Of a stretch of 64,000 nucleotides of DNA, positions 1-14,752 are shown piece by piece. The position numbers and the translations under genes are program-made. Origin of the DNA: Octopus vulgaris (taxonomy: Eukaryota); contig OX597836.1 in assembly GCA_951406725.2 (NCBI GenBank), positions 27,776,001-27,840,000 on the forward strand, read 5' to 3'. The notes under the pieces were generated by a model that was not told the DNA's origin, did no database searches, and was given only the letters and a program-made list of their open reading frames with translations. Positions within the stretch are counted from its first letter, which is position 1; every line of letters begins with the position of its first letter.

Positions 1-604
1 TATGAGCTAACGCTATGGTTGAAAACATATTGACTGATGTGTTCATAGATTATATCATAGAATAAATTCACCAATATCATGTAAAACCTTAAACAGGTGG
101 TGTAAAACCTTAATGATGAGAAAACCAACAACATACTTGATAAGTGGTATTTTCAAGAAAGAACATTCGAATTTATAGAGATCAGAAGCAAAACGGCCAT
201 GCGAGAAGCAGGGAGATCAAACAACTCTATTACTTCAAACAGTTTATCTAATTAAGTTTATTGTAATTAATTGCTATGAGGAAGTTCAAGAAAGATAGAC
301 AAGTTGTAAGCAAGATATGTCCGTAAGGTCATTGAAACCAGGAAGACATCTTGTCGGTTAAGGGAGGTAAAAGGAAGCAAACTTCTGGGCAGCAGAAAGC
401 CATACCATTGCTATTGTCTTTTCAAGCTGGTAAAAGTGTATTTATGTACACGTGTATATATATCTTGTATATGGATAAAGATTTGTGTATGTATGCATAT
501 ATGTATGTACTTGTATATGTGTGTGGATGTAAATGTGTGTGCATGTGCGTGTGTTTACGTATATGCATATATGTGTGTGTGTGTGTGTGCACGTCTAAGC
601 ATAC

Positions 605-665
<61 letters not shown>

Positions 666-666
<1 letters not shown>

Positions 667-1023
667 TCCGTCGGTTGCGACTACGAGGGTTCCAGTTGAT
701 CCGATCAATGGAACAGCCTGCTTGTGAAATTAACTTGCAAGTGGCTGGGCACTCCACAGACATGTGTATCCTTAATGTAGTTCTCAGGGAGATTCAGCAT
801 GACACAGAGTGAGACAAGGCTGGCCCCTTTGAAATACAGGTACAACAGTAACAGGAAGAAAATGTGAAAGAACGTTGTGGTGAAAGAGTATAGCAGGGTT
901 CGCCTGCCGGAGCCTCGTAGTGCTTTAGGTGATTTCGTTCAATAAATACTCACAACGCCCGGTCTGGGAATTGAAACCGTGATCCTTCGACCGCGAGTCT
1001 GCTTCCCTAATCACTGGGCCATT
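666..1023 (-). mobile_element. tRNA-derived SINE (family with GGCCCAGTGGTTAG head)
   Basis: Minus-strand head TGGCCCAGTGATTAG...GGTTTCAATTCCC (pol III A/B boxes). Head and/or body are shared with copies at ~22475-22770, ~38330-38648 and ~52590-52890. Confidence 0.75.
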
Positions 1024-1125
1024 GAATTAGGTACATATTTTGCCATAAAAGGGAAATGCTACTATCGATCTTTTTTTTTTTTTAGGGTAGACACTGCCTT
1101 TCTTCCCTACCCAGACGGCACGCTC

Positions 1126-1198
<73 letters not shown>

Positions 1199-1531
1199 TA
1201 ACGCATATTTGCCAATTTGAATATGGCTAACCCCTAAGGGTGGATGCTACTGTAGTTTGTAGCCCCAGGAAGATATATTATATATATATATATACATATA
1301 TATATATACATAAATATATATATATATATATATGACGGACACCTTCCAATTTCAATCTGCCCAATCCATTCACGAATCTTTGACCAGCCCAAGGCTATAG
1401 CTTGGCAACAGCATGGTTCCAGGTTCAGTCCCACTGCGTGGCACCTTGGGCAAGTGTCTTCTGCTGCTATAGTCTCGGGCCGACTAAAACTTTGTGAGTG
1501 GATTTGGTGGACGGGAACTGAAAGAAGCCCG

Positions 1532-1600
<69 letters not shown>

Positions 1601-1742
1601 TGCGTGCATGTGTGTGTGTGTTTGTGTGTGCCCACGCGCGCGCGTGTGTGTCTTTGTGCCTGTGTTTGTCCCACGTTACCGTTTGACAACCAGTGTTGGT
1701 GTGTTCACATCACCGTAACTTAACGGTTCGGCAAAAGAAACC

Positions 1743-1815
<73 letters not shown>

Positions 1816-2222
1816 AGAGAGAAAGAGACAGAGAGACAGACAGACAAAAGACTGGGAGACAGACCAACAGCTCGATGCTAGTCTTTTTGGTCAAAAAATG
1901 GGGGAGAGGCATAAAATATCCTCTTTTCTCGCCATTGCGGTTGTTATAGTCGTAACAAAATTTCTTGCTCGACATAGGCATAATATTGTAGTTGCTGCTG
2001 TTGCTGTTTCTGTGGCTGTTGTTGTTACGACGTTGGTTGTCATGGCTGTTGTTGTTGTTGTTTTTCATTGGCTGTTTACGTGTGCTTATAGAATAACGCA
2101 GGTGCAACGATTTATTTTCCGAATTAATATGTCTGCTGGGATTTTCATTAGGTTCTGCTCTTCAGTTCTCTTCCATGCGCATTTGTACGCATGTCCTTAG
2201 CTTTTTCTCGTCTCTCTAATTC

Positions 2223-2294
<72 letters not shown>

Positions 2295-2384
2295 TCTCTC
2301 TCCTTATCTTCATCTACGTCAATCTGTTTCTCTGGTTATCTATCTCTCTGCATATCTTTCTGCCTCCAAGCCATCAATCCATCC

Positions 2385-3356
<972 letters not shown>

Positions 3357-3574
3357 CTCACACACGTTGTAGTCAGGTTGACATCCAAGCCGAAACCAAC
3401 ATCAAAAGAAAATTCCGCCAGGCTCGTTTCTGCAACGCTCTCGTCGATTTTACTCTTCAATGTCGAAGAAGGCGCCTTCGTTATATGATATAATTAAGTT
3501 AGAGGAAGTGAGGTTGGTGGGTGTTGCGCATGTCACCTGTATAGACGTGTGAGTGTGTATACACATACATACAT

Positions 3575-3615
<41 letters not shown>

Positions 3616-3699
3616 GTGTGTGTGTATGTACGTATTTCTTTATATGTATGTATATATGAATGTGTAAATACGTATATTATTATCTTTTGCATGTTTTTG

Positions 3700-3963
3700 T
3701 CCTTAGTCTCTGGCCATGCTGGAGTACCGGCTTGAAGAGTTTCAGTCGAGCAAATCGACTACAATACTCAGAGACTAGTACATATTCTGTTCGGCCCTTT
3801 TGCCGAACCGCTAAGTTACGGGAATTTAAACACACCGGCATTGGTCTGTCAAGAGGTGGTGGTGGACAAACTCAGACAAAAAATTTCACACACACACACA
3901 CACATACGCACGCACATACACATACACACGCACACACACGCACACACACACACACACACACAT

Positions 3964-4003
<40 letters not shown>

Positions 4004-4172
4004 GTACGCACACAACACACGCACACATACATGCATACACACACACACACCAGGCTTTGGTCGGTCCGAAGCGCTAGTAGGTCACTTGCCCAATATGGCA
4101 CGCAGTGGGATTGAACTCGGAAACCATGTGGTTGGGAAACAAACTTCTTACTTCACAGCCACATCTGCGTCT
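3700..4172 (-). mobile_element. major octopus-type tRNA SINE, diverged copy with internal (CA)n
   Basis: GGCCATGCTGGAG...GCCGAACCGCTAAG...CAGTGGGATTGAAC...CACAGCCAC, the same blocks as in the copies at 16190, 19350 and 20823. Confidence 0.75.
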
Positions 4173-4599
4173 ATACAGCAACGCCTGTGTCTACACACAA
4201 ACACACACACACACATACATACACACGCGCATGCACCCACACACACAGCTAGATAGATATGCATATGTATATATGTATACACACACACAAAAAAACGCAT
4301 ATATATATATATATGTACATATTTATATATATATACACACACATACATACATACACACACACACTCTCTCGACAGAGATGTGAAATACAGCAAAGAAAAC
4401 ACTTGTCGATATGGGTAAGAATCTGATTAATTCGGACGTTATGGTTGTCATAGCAACATCAAAGTTGATTATTCAATTAATTAGTAACAAACTAATAGAA
4501 CTTCCAGAATTTGTTTTTAAACAGAAAATTAATTTGTTTTCATTAATTTTCGGTTTAATGAGTGCAAATAACACTCTTATATACTTCCATACCCACCCA

Positions 4600-4618
4600 T
4601 ATATATATATGCATATAC

Positions 4619-4669
<51 letters not shown>

Positions 4670-4879
4670 CATGCATACATATATATATACATACATGCAT
4701 ACATATATATACATACATGCACACATACATACACACATGCATACATATATACATACATAAATGCGTACATATATATATACATATACGTACATCTTGCATA
4801 CATATATATACATACATGCACACATACATACATATATACATACATACATATATACATACATTCATATATACATACATAT

Positions 4880-4910
<31 letters not shown>

Positions 4911-5015
4911 CATATATACATACATGCATACATACATACATATATACATACATACATACATACATGCATACATACATACATACATACATACATACATACA
5001 TACATACATACACAT
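4600..5015. repeat. (TA)n/(CATA)n microsatellite
   Basis: Visible tandem runs. Source of the YIHT/MYVC pseudo-ORFs. Confidence 0.95.
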
Positions 5016-5023
5016 ATGAATAT

Positions 5024-6314
5024 ATACAAGAAGAAATGAAAAATTATCCACACCTTCGCCAAAACTTCCTTGAGACTGGTTTCACTGGTAAAGTAACCGA
5101 TGCGTGATCTTGATGGTTCCAGTTTTCTTTCTGGTGCTACAGTGTGAACATGGCAGGTATACTGGCTGTGTGCACCGAAGAAGATCAGAGATCAGTAATC
5201 CGATTTCTCCGGTCTGAAATTATATTAGGAGTGAAATTCATACGCAGGCTTTCAATACAGTACCGAGACAGCGCTCTACCGAGTAGAAACCTGCATGAGT
5301 GGATCAAGAAGTTTTTAAATGGGTGGATAAACGTGTAGGACGAAGAGGGATCAGGACGCCCTCAACCTCTACCACTTATGTGAAGATTCAACAAGCTAGA
5401 GAGATGGTTCTCACGAACCGATGAGCGGCCATCGCTGAAGTGGCATGTTCTCTGCAAATTAGTCATGGTTCTGCTTAGGAAATCATCCACAACATGCTTC
5501 GCATCCATGAAACCTGTGCGACATGGGTGCCAAGAAAGCTTACCAAAGCGTATAATCGCAATCGTATTGAGATCCGTCAACGTTTAATCGATCGCTACAA
5601 CGATGAAGAAGAAGATTTTTGGGGAGAGATTAGTCTCAGAAGATGAGACCTGGGTCCATCACTTTGAGTCAGATTCCAAAAGGCAGGTTGTGGATTGGAA
5701 ACACTTGGAATCGCCAGTGTAAAAGAAATTCAAACTCAACCTTTCGCAGAAACCATTTTTGTTGACCATTTTGGGGGATGCAGAAGTGCCTATATCGGAA
5801 CATTATCTGGAAAACGGTTCTATAGTCACCCGTGTAGGTTTCAGTGGGAATCTTTACCAACAAACTGAAACCATCAATTCGCATCAAATGCCAAGGCTTT
5901 TGTCCGATCAAGTGTTTTTTTTCTTTTTTGTTTCATGACAATGCACATCCACATACGGCCGTCCACACTATTGAAAACAATAAGAAATATTGAGTTTCAA
6001 GTTACTGCAGCATCCTGCATAGAGTCCAGACCTCGACCATTCCAAATGTCACCTCTTTGGACCGCTCAAACATCCTTTGCAAGGTCTTTCATTTGCTACG
6101 GACGAAGAAGTGCAGGAAGTAGCGCTTTAATGGTCGCACGACCATCCACAAAACACCATTCTCCGTTAAAATAGGCAAGCTTGTAGACCACTGGAAGGAG
6201 TGCAACGATAAACGAGGAAACTTTATCGAAAAAGGATGTAATTCTTCAACACCTGCTTTTGTTTTAATAAATTACAGAAGCAAGAGCGTGTATAATTTTT
6301 AATTTACCCCCATA
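5024..6314 (+). mobile_element. decayed mariner (DD34D) transposon
   Basis: Interrupted transposase motifs QRSVIRFL, WVPRKL, DETWVHHF, HDNAHPH and SPDL..HLFGPLK. Imperfect TIRs AAAAATTATCCACAC / GTGTATAATTTTT. Many stops and frameshifts. Confidence 0.85.
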
Positions 6315-6911
6315 TGTATATATGGGGGGAGAGTCAAGACGGATATATATGTGCCTCTGTGTGTGTGTGTATGTGAAGTTTACAATTATTTTAGACGAAG
6401 CCTCGTGACAACGACTTATCTTTTCTGTGAGAACAAAATGGCAAATTAAGTTGATTTGGTTTCGGTTTCAGTTAACAAATGCTCAAAGTCAGGATTTCTC
6501 CACATCCACCTACGGACAGCTCATGTAAAGCTAGTCATTGCTAGAAGCTACAGTGGCTTCCGTAAATTAGGTAGTCTCATATGTAGAATTTAATCCATTG
6601 TTGTCTGGTAATTTAATAAATCAATTAATTAGTATAGCATTAAATTGATTATATGAGTAATTATAAATGTGAATTAAAGTAAATATCAATTACGAGGAAT
6701 ACATGACTGCTGTTCATTACTTCCGTGTGCAAAAGGAAATATTGTGTAGAAATGGGGTATTGACTTTCGGGGTAACGGATCTAGTTGGATTTCTCGCGAT
6801 AGCTAGATAGATAGATAAATAGATAGATAGAAGGACGGATAGACAGTCAGACACAGACGGACGGACGGACGGATGGAGGGATGGATGGCCGGATAGATCG
6901 ATCGATCGATC

Positions 6912-7420
<509 letters not shown>

Positions 7421-7574
7421 AAAGAAAAAAATTTTTTTTTTCAAAGTAACAAACAAGATTAGGTTCATCTGTGGAAAGAAAAGCCTATAGAAAAGACCAC
7501 GGTAGCCTCAGGCAGGGAGGAAATAAACACGTGAGAGCAAAGTGCTCTCTCTCTCTCTCTTTTACGATTTACAG

Positions 7575-7731
7575 GATCATGCTCAAAGTGGTTTCGTCAC
7601 TCGCACGCACCATCTTTGCTACATTCACCCACCTTTTTTTTGAAACTTTCACTAGACAAAACCTGCCTCTCCATTCTCACCTTCCTTTTCAAGTGGTACT
7701 TGAAAAAGTTGATGAGCGATTGGCCAGAGAG
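7575..7731 (+). CDS. calpain-like gene, putative exon A (possible ATG at 7579; MLKVVSSLARTIFATFTHLFFETF...FQVVLEKVDERLARE)
   Basis: Pyrimidine tract with tttacag| acceptor and GAG|gtaagt donor, open frame. Weak resemblance to the calpain 'FEDFTGG..E.Y....P..LYQIILKALER' segment. The phase-0 end links to the downstream chain. Confidence 0.45.
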
Positions 7732-8020
7732 GTAAGTGTTTGTCGCTAATCCTTTCGCTCGAGTCCACCACACGCATTCTTCCACCATAGCCACCAGTAC
7801 GATGAAAACTGCTCATAGGATACAGGCAATAACGAAGATAAACAAGAGTTTATCATGAATCAAATGTAAATTAAGCAGAAAATGGAGAAAATTTTCATCA
7901 ACAAACAAATTGACTACTATCGGTTATTATTTTTTTTACAAAACATTAGCATTGCTAACAGCCGTTTCTGCTACCTGGTAGTCCATTTCTTTGTTGATCA
8001 AAAGTTTTCTCCATTTTCTG

Positions 8021-8053
<33 letters not shown>

Positions 8054-8060
<7 letters not shown>

Positions 8061-8345
8061 GTTGTATACTGTCAATCTAACAAGAACGTGACAGTAAGGG
8101 GTACACCACCGCTGTATAGCCCTAGGAAGCATCGAACGCCTCCTGATAGCTTTGACACATTTTTTCCCTGTATCCTTATATACATATACGAAGGGGAGAC
8201 AAACACCCCCGGCTGCCGGAACTGCATCTAGGGAAAAAATGTGTCAAAGCTATCAGGAGGCGTTCGATGCTTCCTAGGGCTATACAGCGGTGGTGTACCC
8301 CCTACTGTCACGTTCTTGTTAGATTGACAGTATACAACCATTCTA
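8054..8345. repeat. 116-bp near-perfect inverted repeat with 60-bp spacer
   Basis: 8054-8169 is the reverse complement of 8230-8345, with one mismatch seen. Confidence 0.92.
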
Positions 8346-8409
8346 TCGCCCCATCACCGTACATGTCTCTACGAGAGATTTAGAAATTCAATATTTCTTA
8401 TATATATAT

Positions 8410-8613
8410 AAGGCATTGCTGAAAAGTTCCTGGCTTTAAGGTATTCCTGTTGGAGGCCCAAACTTCCGAGTTTTTTTTACAAGACTTAGAAAAGCTGACA
8501 GACTGCTGCAATACATACGTGAATCTGAGAGGGGAATATGTTGAATAAAATCAAAATTAACTGAACTTCCTGTATTTTCCATTTCCGAAAGCCAGCAACT
8601 TTTCAGCACCTTC
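8410..8613 (+). mobile_element. mariner-derived MITE
   Basis: TIRs TGCTGAAAAGTTCCTGGCTTT / AAAGCCAGCAACTTTTCAGCA. A related copy lies at ~43020-43226. Confidence 0.65.
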
Positions 8614-8975
8614 CTGTGTGTGTGTGTGTGTGCGTGCGTCTGCGTGTATATATACCTGTATATAAATGTGACTGCGTGTGTACCGTTGGCGATTTTTTTC
8701 TTCCGTCATCCCGCCTCTGAATCTTTCCTTTTCCTATATTTCTGACGAAGAGCTCCGCTCAAAACGTTAAACCCTCCTTCTTCCCTTCCTTCCTGAGCGT
8801 CCAATAATACTATATTTGTTCCACGTCCTCGCGTTGTGGTGATTTCTCTTTGTGTCTTCATGTTTGGATTAACTTTATATATATATATTTGTGTGCATGT
8901 ATATGTATATATGCATGTATTTACATGTATATGTATACATTTATATAAATATATGTATATATGTATATATGTGTA

Positions 8976-9010
<35 letters not shown>

Positions 9011-9028
9011 ATATATATATATATACAT

Positions 9029-9067
<39 letters not shown>

Positions 9068-9166
9068 TATATATACATATATATACATATATATATATGT
9101 ATATAATGTATATATATGCATAACTGTGTGTGTATATATATATATATATGTGTGTGTGTTTGTGTG

Positions 9167-9213
<47 letters not shown>

Positions 9214-9517
9214 GCACATACATATATACCTGTATGCCTATTACTCAACATTGACAGGGTCTATCTTTATCATGTTTCCATCTTAATATATTCCATGAAT
9301 TAAGTACAATTTTTAACACTTTCATTGTTGTTGCTGTTGCTATTGCTGTCGTCGTCGTCGTTTTTGTTGATTTTTTATATTTTCTCGGCGCGGGAAAAAT
9401 TTTCACAAATGACATTTTTTTTTGCGTTCGTATTTATTTCCGCTATATGTTTTTCTTTTATTTTATTTTTAACTTCATTTTTAATATAATTATTTTTTTT
9501 TTCTTATCTTACTTTAG

Positions 9518-9536
9518 AAGACAAAGAGTAATTTTG
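9518..9536 (+). CDS. calpain-like gene, putative 19-nt micro-exon B (KTKSNF+G)
   Basis: Long poly-pyrimidine tract with tttag| acceptor and G|gtaaat donor. Phase 0->1 exactly bridges exons A and C. Confidence 0.35.
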
Positions 9537-9593
9537 GTAAATTATTTTGCAACGATATTAAAATCAATTGTATATACTTGCCTGTAGGTTTTC

Positions 9594-9665
<72 letters not shown>

Positions 9666-9686
9666 ATATATATATATTTATAAATA

Positions 9687-9719
<33 letters not shown>

Positions 9720-10212
9720 ATATAGTGTACGCTTGTATATGAGCATGCGTATCTATGTAACAAGATTAATAATATGACTGAATATCCATGTTACACACCT
9801 ACACACATATACACTCACACACACACGCACACATACATTTATAATTTACTTAATTGTAAACATTTTAGCGGGTATATGTGTCTGTGTGTGCATAAACGTG
9901 ATTTGTTACGTGTGTGTGTATATATATATATATGTATCTGTATATCTATGTATACATTTTTGTATATCTATCGATAAATATATTCATGCGTGTGTGTATG
10001 AGTGTATAAATATATATATAGAGAGAGAGTGTGTGTGTGAGAGAGAGAGAGGGCATGTGTGTGTGAGAGAGAGAGTGAGATTGTTTGTATGGACATGTTC
10101 ACACACGCACACATGTATACATACATATATACATATATACATATGTATGTGTGTATGTTTTTGTCAGTTTACTTATATGCATATACCTAAATGTATATTT
10201 TTATGTCTATCA

Positions 10213-10278
<66 letters not shown>

Positions 10279-10313
10279 GCATATATATATATGTAGATAT
10301 ATATATGTATATA

Positions 10314-10396
<83 letters not shown>

Positions 10397-10397
10397 A

Positions 10398-10444
<47 letters not shown>

Positions 10445-10682
10445 TACATATATACATGCTTTTATACATGTGCACACATACACACACATAAACATATTTG
10501 AATATATATACACCTTAGTTTGCGTTCGTGTGTGTGTGTGTGTGTGTAGGTGGGTGGGTGGGTGGGTTTGTGTGTACAAGCACTCTAAGAACGGGGTCTA
10601 TCACAGGCCTCGGTTTATTTCAGGAATATTACACGAAGCAAAGCAGATTAAAAATATGCAGTTCGTCATGTTTTAATTACAG

Positions 10683-10791
10683 TGAGAATTTGGCACTGTT
10701 CTAAGGAATCATATCTTTGGGCGGAAAAAAATGGAAATGAAATTAAGAATTGCTTGGCATTCTTGGAACAAAACTGTCAAAACAACAATCG
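10683..10791 (+). CDS. calpain-like gene, putative exon C (VRIWHCSKESYLWAEK...QNNNR)
   Basis: ttacag| acceptor and CG|gtgaga donor, open frame. Phase 1->2 joins exon D in frame. Confidence 0.45.
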
Positions 10792-11228
10792 GTGAGACGT
10801 CGGCGATGTCGACGAATGACGACAATAGCGATTAATGACGAAAATAACATCAACAATACCAAAAGCAACGACAATAACAACAATGGCTGCAACGATGGCA
10901 ACAATAACAACCACAACAACGATGACATCAACAGCAGTACAAAATTTGTCGCCCCATTATTATTTTCATTTTTCCGTTTTAACGTCACCAGGCGGCTCCC
11001 TAACCCACCACCACCAACAACAACAACATCACTATGCAAGTAATAGCAACCAAATAGCCCTCTAATCAAACTCCATAATAGTTATTGCAAAATTTTTCTC
11101 CTGTTTGCCAAATAAAAAGACACGACCGGTTAGGTGCTTTCAGTCGATGAAGCATCTATATATACATAAATACATATATACATATATATATATATATGTG
11201 TGTGTGTGTATGTGTGTGTGTATGTATG

Positions 11229-11262
<34 letters not shown>

Positions 11263-11456
11263 TGTATGTATGTTTGTATGTATATATATGCATGTATATA
11301 TGTATATATATATATATATGTATGTATGTATGTATGTTTGTATGTATATATATGTATGTATGTATATATGTATATATATATATGTATGTATGTAGGTATG
11401 TATATATATGTATACGTATATATATGCATATATATATATGTATATATATATGTACA

Positions 11457-11522
<66 letters not shown>

Positions 11523-12274
11523 CATATATATGTATATATGCTGAGAATAGGAATGCAGACATGTCTTCAATGAAATAAAATAGGTGTGGAGAGGAGAAGT
11601 TCGAAGAGGAGGTAGAAAGGAAGAGGAAAGAATGAAGAGATGAATGACAAAGGTGGAGAAGGCAGAAAAATCGACGGGAGAGGCAAAAAATGGAAAAGGA
11701 GAAGAAAACATTTAATGAGGTCGGAATTAAAAAGAAGAGGAAAAATTACTTTGAACGTTGGAGGTTATCGATAACATATGAAACAGTTTGGACGTCAAAA
11801 TTTAAAATATGAGGAAATTACACAAAAAGTGCATTAAATATATTCATTGAAAACATATATGCGTTTTGTAATTGGAGAGATGTGAAAAAATACAATGTAT
11901 GGAAGGTATATTGGCAACATGCAAAGTCGTAGGCATGGCTGTGTGATAAGAAGTTTGTTTCCCAACCATATGGTTCTGGGTTTTGTTCCACTGTGTAGCA
12001 CCTTGGGCAAGTGTTGTCTTAGCAGGAGTAGCTTACCTTGACATTATGGGTGTTGAAGAGTTTTTTAGTACTTATGGCTTCTGGGAAAATTCTTCTTTCT
12101 TAACGACAGGAAGCCCCAGGCTACTTTGGTAGAAACTTCTGAGAAGCAAAAACAGAAGAACAAAAACATAGATAACGAACTTTTTTTCAAACAACGAAAA
12201 AAGCAGAGAAACGAAACATACAACACAAAGAATATTCCCCTTCTTCAGTTGTCCCTGTTTCATCTACTCCGTGA

Positions 12275-12381
<107 letters not shown>

Positions 12382-12422
12382 CAAAACAGGAAGTTGGAAT
12401 TTTTTGGGTATTATGTATACAC

Positions 12423-12514
12423 CATTACACATGTTTCGTTTACTAATGGAAATTACAAAGTTTTATATATTAGATAAACACGTAATAGATTCCCTACTAG
12501 AAATTCTTCAGACG
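12423..12514 (-). ncRNA. hammerhead ribozyme-like motif (type I, palindromic stem III)
   Basis: Minus strand: cgu-CUGAAGA-[long imperfect stem II]-GAAA-CAUGUG-UA-aug. Confidence 0.5.
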
Positions 12515-12803
12515 AACTGAGAATCGAATGATATTATATATACAGGCTAATATCGAACCGTGAGAATAAGTGCACTGTAGTGCATTGGTGGATAAATATT
12601 CTTCGTTTTCTTTATTACTAAGGCTACCATTTGTCTCATGCCGAGGATTTTGACTTGTATCAACGTGTCATGTGATAGACTTGATAATTGCTAAGACTTC
12701 TGTATATGAAACCAATGGCAGCCTTGTTAACCAACAAATAACAAAAGTATGTGTGCGTGTGTGTGTACGTGTGTGTGCGCGCGTGCATGCGTGTGTGTGT
12801 GTA

Positions 12804-12835
<32 letters not shown>

Positions 12836-12891
12836 TGTGTGTGTGTACATACGTACGTACTCAATGTTAATTCTGTTTTCGCTATCCGCAG

Positions 12892-13240
12892 TGACAAAAC
12901 TATGTGGGACACGGTAAATGGTGACTTCATGGAACGTTACAAACCGTTACAGAACAAAGAACAAGACGAATACTGGATGACCGTCGAAGACTTCCGCTGT
13001 AACTTTGGCAGTATGATCATTTGCTCCAGTTCAGAACCTTACGTTCCAGAGGGACTGAATTTAACCAGGAAATATTCACGAACAGAGAAGCATTTTGTGC
13101 TCCAAAGCCAGCAGCTGACCCAGCTGAAGAGCAGTGCTTTCAAGATAAGGAGCTGGTCCCTCACTGAGCCGTACTCGCAGTCTGAATGTGGGGACGATGT
13201 TTTAAAAAGGGACCTACTTGATACTCCGCACATTTTCAAA
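12892..13240 (+). CDS. calpain-like gene exon D: end of CysPc (PC2) domain and start of insert
   Basis: DKTMWDTV...QDEYWMTVEDFRCNFGSMIICS matches the calpain 'SD...W......DGEFWMS.EDF...F....IC' motif. ccgcag| acceptor and AAA|gtaagt donor. Confidence 0.85.
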
Positions 13241-13384
13241 GTAAGTCACATATATTTACTACGACCTGTACAAACAATGATAAATCCCCTTTATTTATTT
13301 CTTCTTTCTCTCTCCGTATCGAAACCACGACCTCGCGATCGCGAGTTACAACACCCTAGTCACTAGGCCATGCACCCTCACACA

Positions 13385-13620
<236 letters not shown>

Positions 13621-13875
13621 TCCAGGCTTACCATCCCTACAGGAAGTGCAAAAAATCGTATTAACTGGAATGGCTCATGTACTGAGAAGAGCATTATCGC
13701 TGTGAAAACAACATCCATCCATGAATTTATTTATTTATTAATTTTTAAATACATATTTTATCTGTGAATTTGCGTGTGTAATCTGGGGATGCATACAATG
13801 AGCTTCTCAGCCCTAGGTGTATGGAAAACACTTGGCGAGAAACGGAAGAAAATTTGAAGAAAGAAGGAAAAAAAC

Positions 13876-13876
<1 letters not shown>
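13621..13876 (+). mobile_element. 5'-truncated Dong/R4-like non-LTR retrotransposon end inside (TAA)n
   Basis: Encodes PGLPSLQEVQKIVLTGMAHVLRRALSL*, resembling the C-terminus of R4/Dong ORFs (LQK..LLGTAHILR..L*). Flanked on both sides by (TAA)n. Confidence 0.65.
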
Positions 13877-13916
<40 letters not shown>

Positions 13917-14047
13917 TTCATTTGCCATCAGGGCGAAGGATGAGGGGGACAATACAATGACAGGCATAAAGTGTGGGGGTTTACATATAATGAAATGATA
14001 AAAGAAGAAAAGAAGGAAAGAAAGTATACACGGTATACACTGAAAAA

Positions 14048-14279
14048 AGGCGGCGAGCTGGCAGAAACGTTAGCACGCCGGGCGAAATGCGTAGCCGTAT
14101 TTCGTCTGTCTGAACGTTCTGAGTTCAAATTCCGCCGAGGTCGACTTTGCCTTTCATCCTTTCGGGGTCGATTAAATAAGTACCAGTTACGCACTGGGGT
14201 CGATGTATTCGACTTAATCCGTTTGTCTGTCCTTGTTTGTCTCCTCTGTGTTTAGCCCCTTGTGGGTAGTAAAGAAATA
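14048..14279 (+). mobile_element. SINE with Meta/MESC-like core, 16-bp TSD
   Basis: GGCGGCGAGCTGGCAGAAACGTTAG head and GCCTTTCATCCTTTCGGGGTCGAT core. TSD GGTATACACTGAAAAA at 14032-14047 and 14280-14295. Confidence 0.8.
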
Positions 14280-14499
14280 GGTATACACTGAAAAAGAAGG
14301 GACACACGCATATCATACAAAGGTTTTTAAAAATAGCGGGGAGGATGATACAGGAAGGCTTCTGGGGATAGTCGAGGAACCCCACTGTCCGAGATTTCCC
14401 TGAAACCCCACAAGCAATTGCCCTCAACAAATTCATTCTCTCAGACTTACAGGTCTACACTTACAGAGATACAATCCAAATGTTTTCTTTTATTGCCAC

Positions 14500-14558
<59 letters not shown>

Positions 14559-14625
14559 TGATGATAAATAATGATAATAATGATAATAAATAATAATAAT
14601 AATGATAATAATAATGATAATAATG

Positions 14626-14720
<95 letters not shown>
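14500..14720. repeat. (TAA)n microsatellite
   Basis: Visible trinucleotide runs immediately upstream of the exon E acceptor. Confidence 0.95.
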
Positions 14721-14723
<3 letters not shown>

Positions 14724-14752
14724 AATATTTTTCATTTCTTTTTGTTTTGCAG

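Noticed and set aside
2090-2200. Non-repetitive island with a cag| site and short open frame
   Set aside because: No donor, no recognisable protein motif and no phase link to another exon.
3361-3545. Island containing ALVDFT (calpain-like ALxDFTGG) on + and a cag| acceptor on -
   Set aside because: The plus frame stops before any good donor and the rest does not match calpain. The minus frame is short and unrecognisable.
6472-6570. Possible exon (tttcag|...AG|gtagtc) upstream of exon A
   Set aside because: Its open frame is phase 1-1 and cannot join exon A in frame. It could be a 5' UTR exon but is unsupported.
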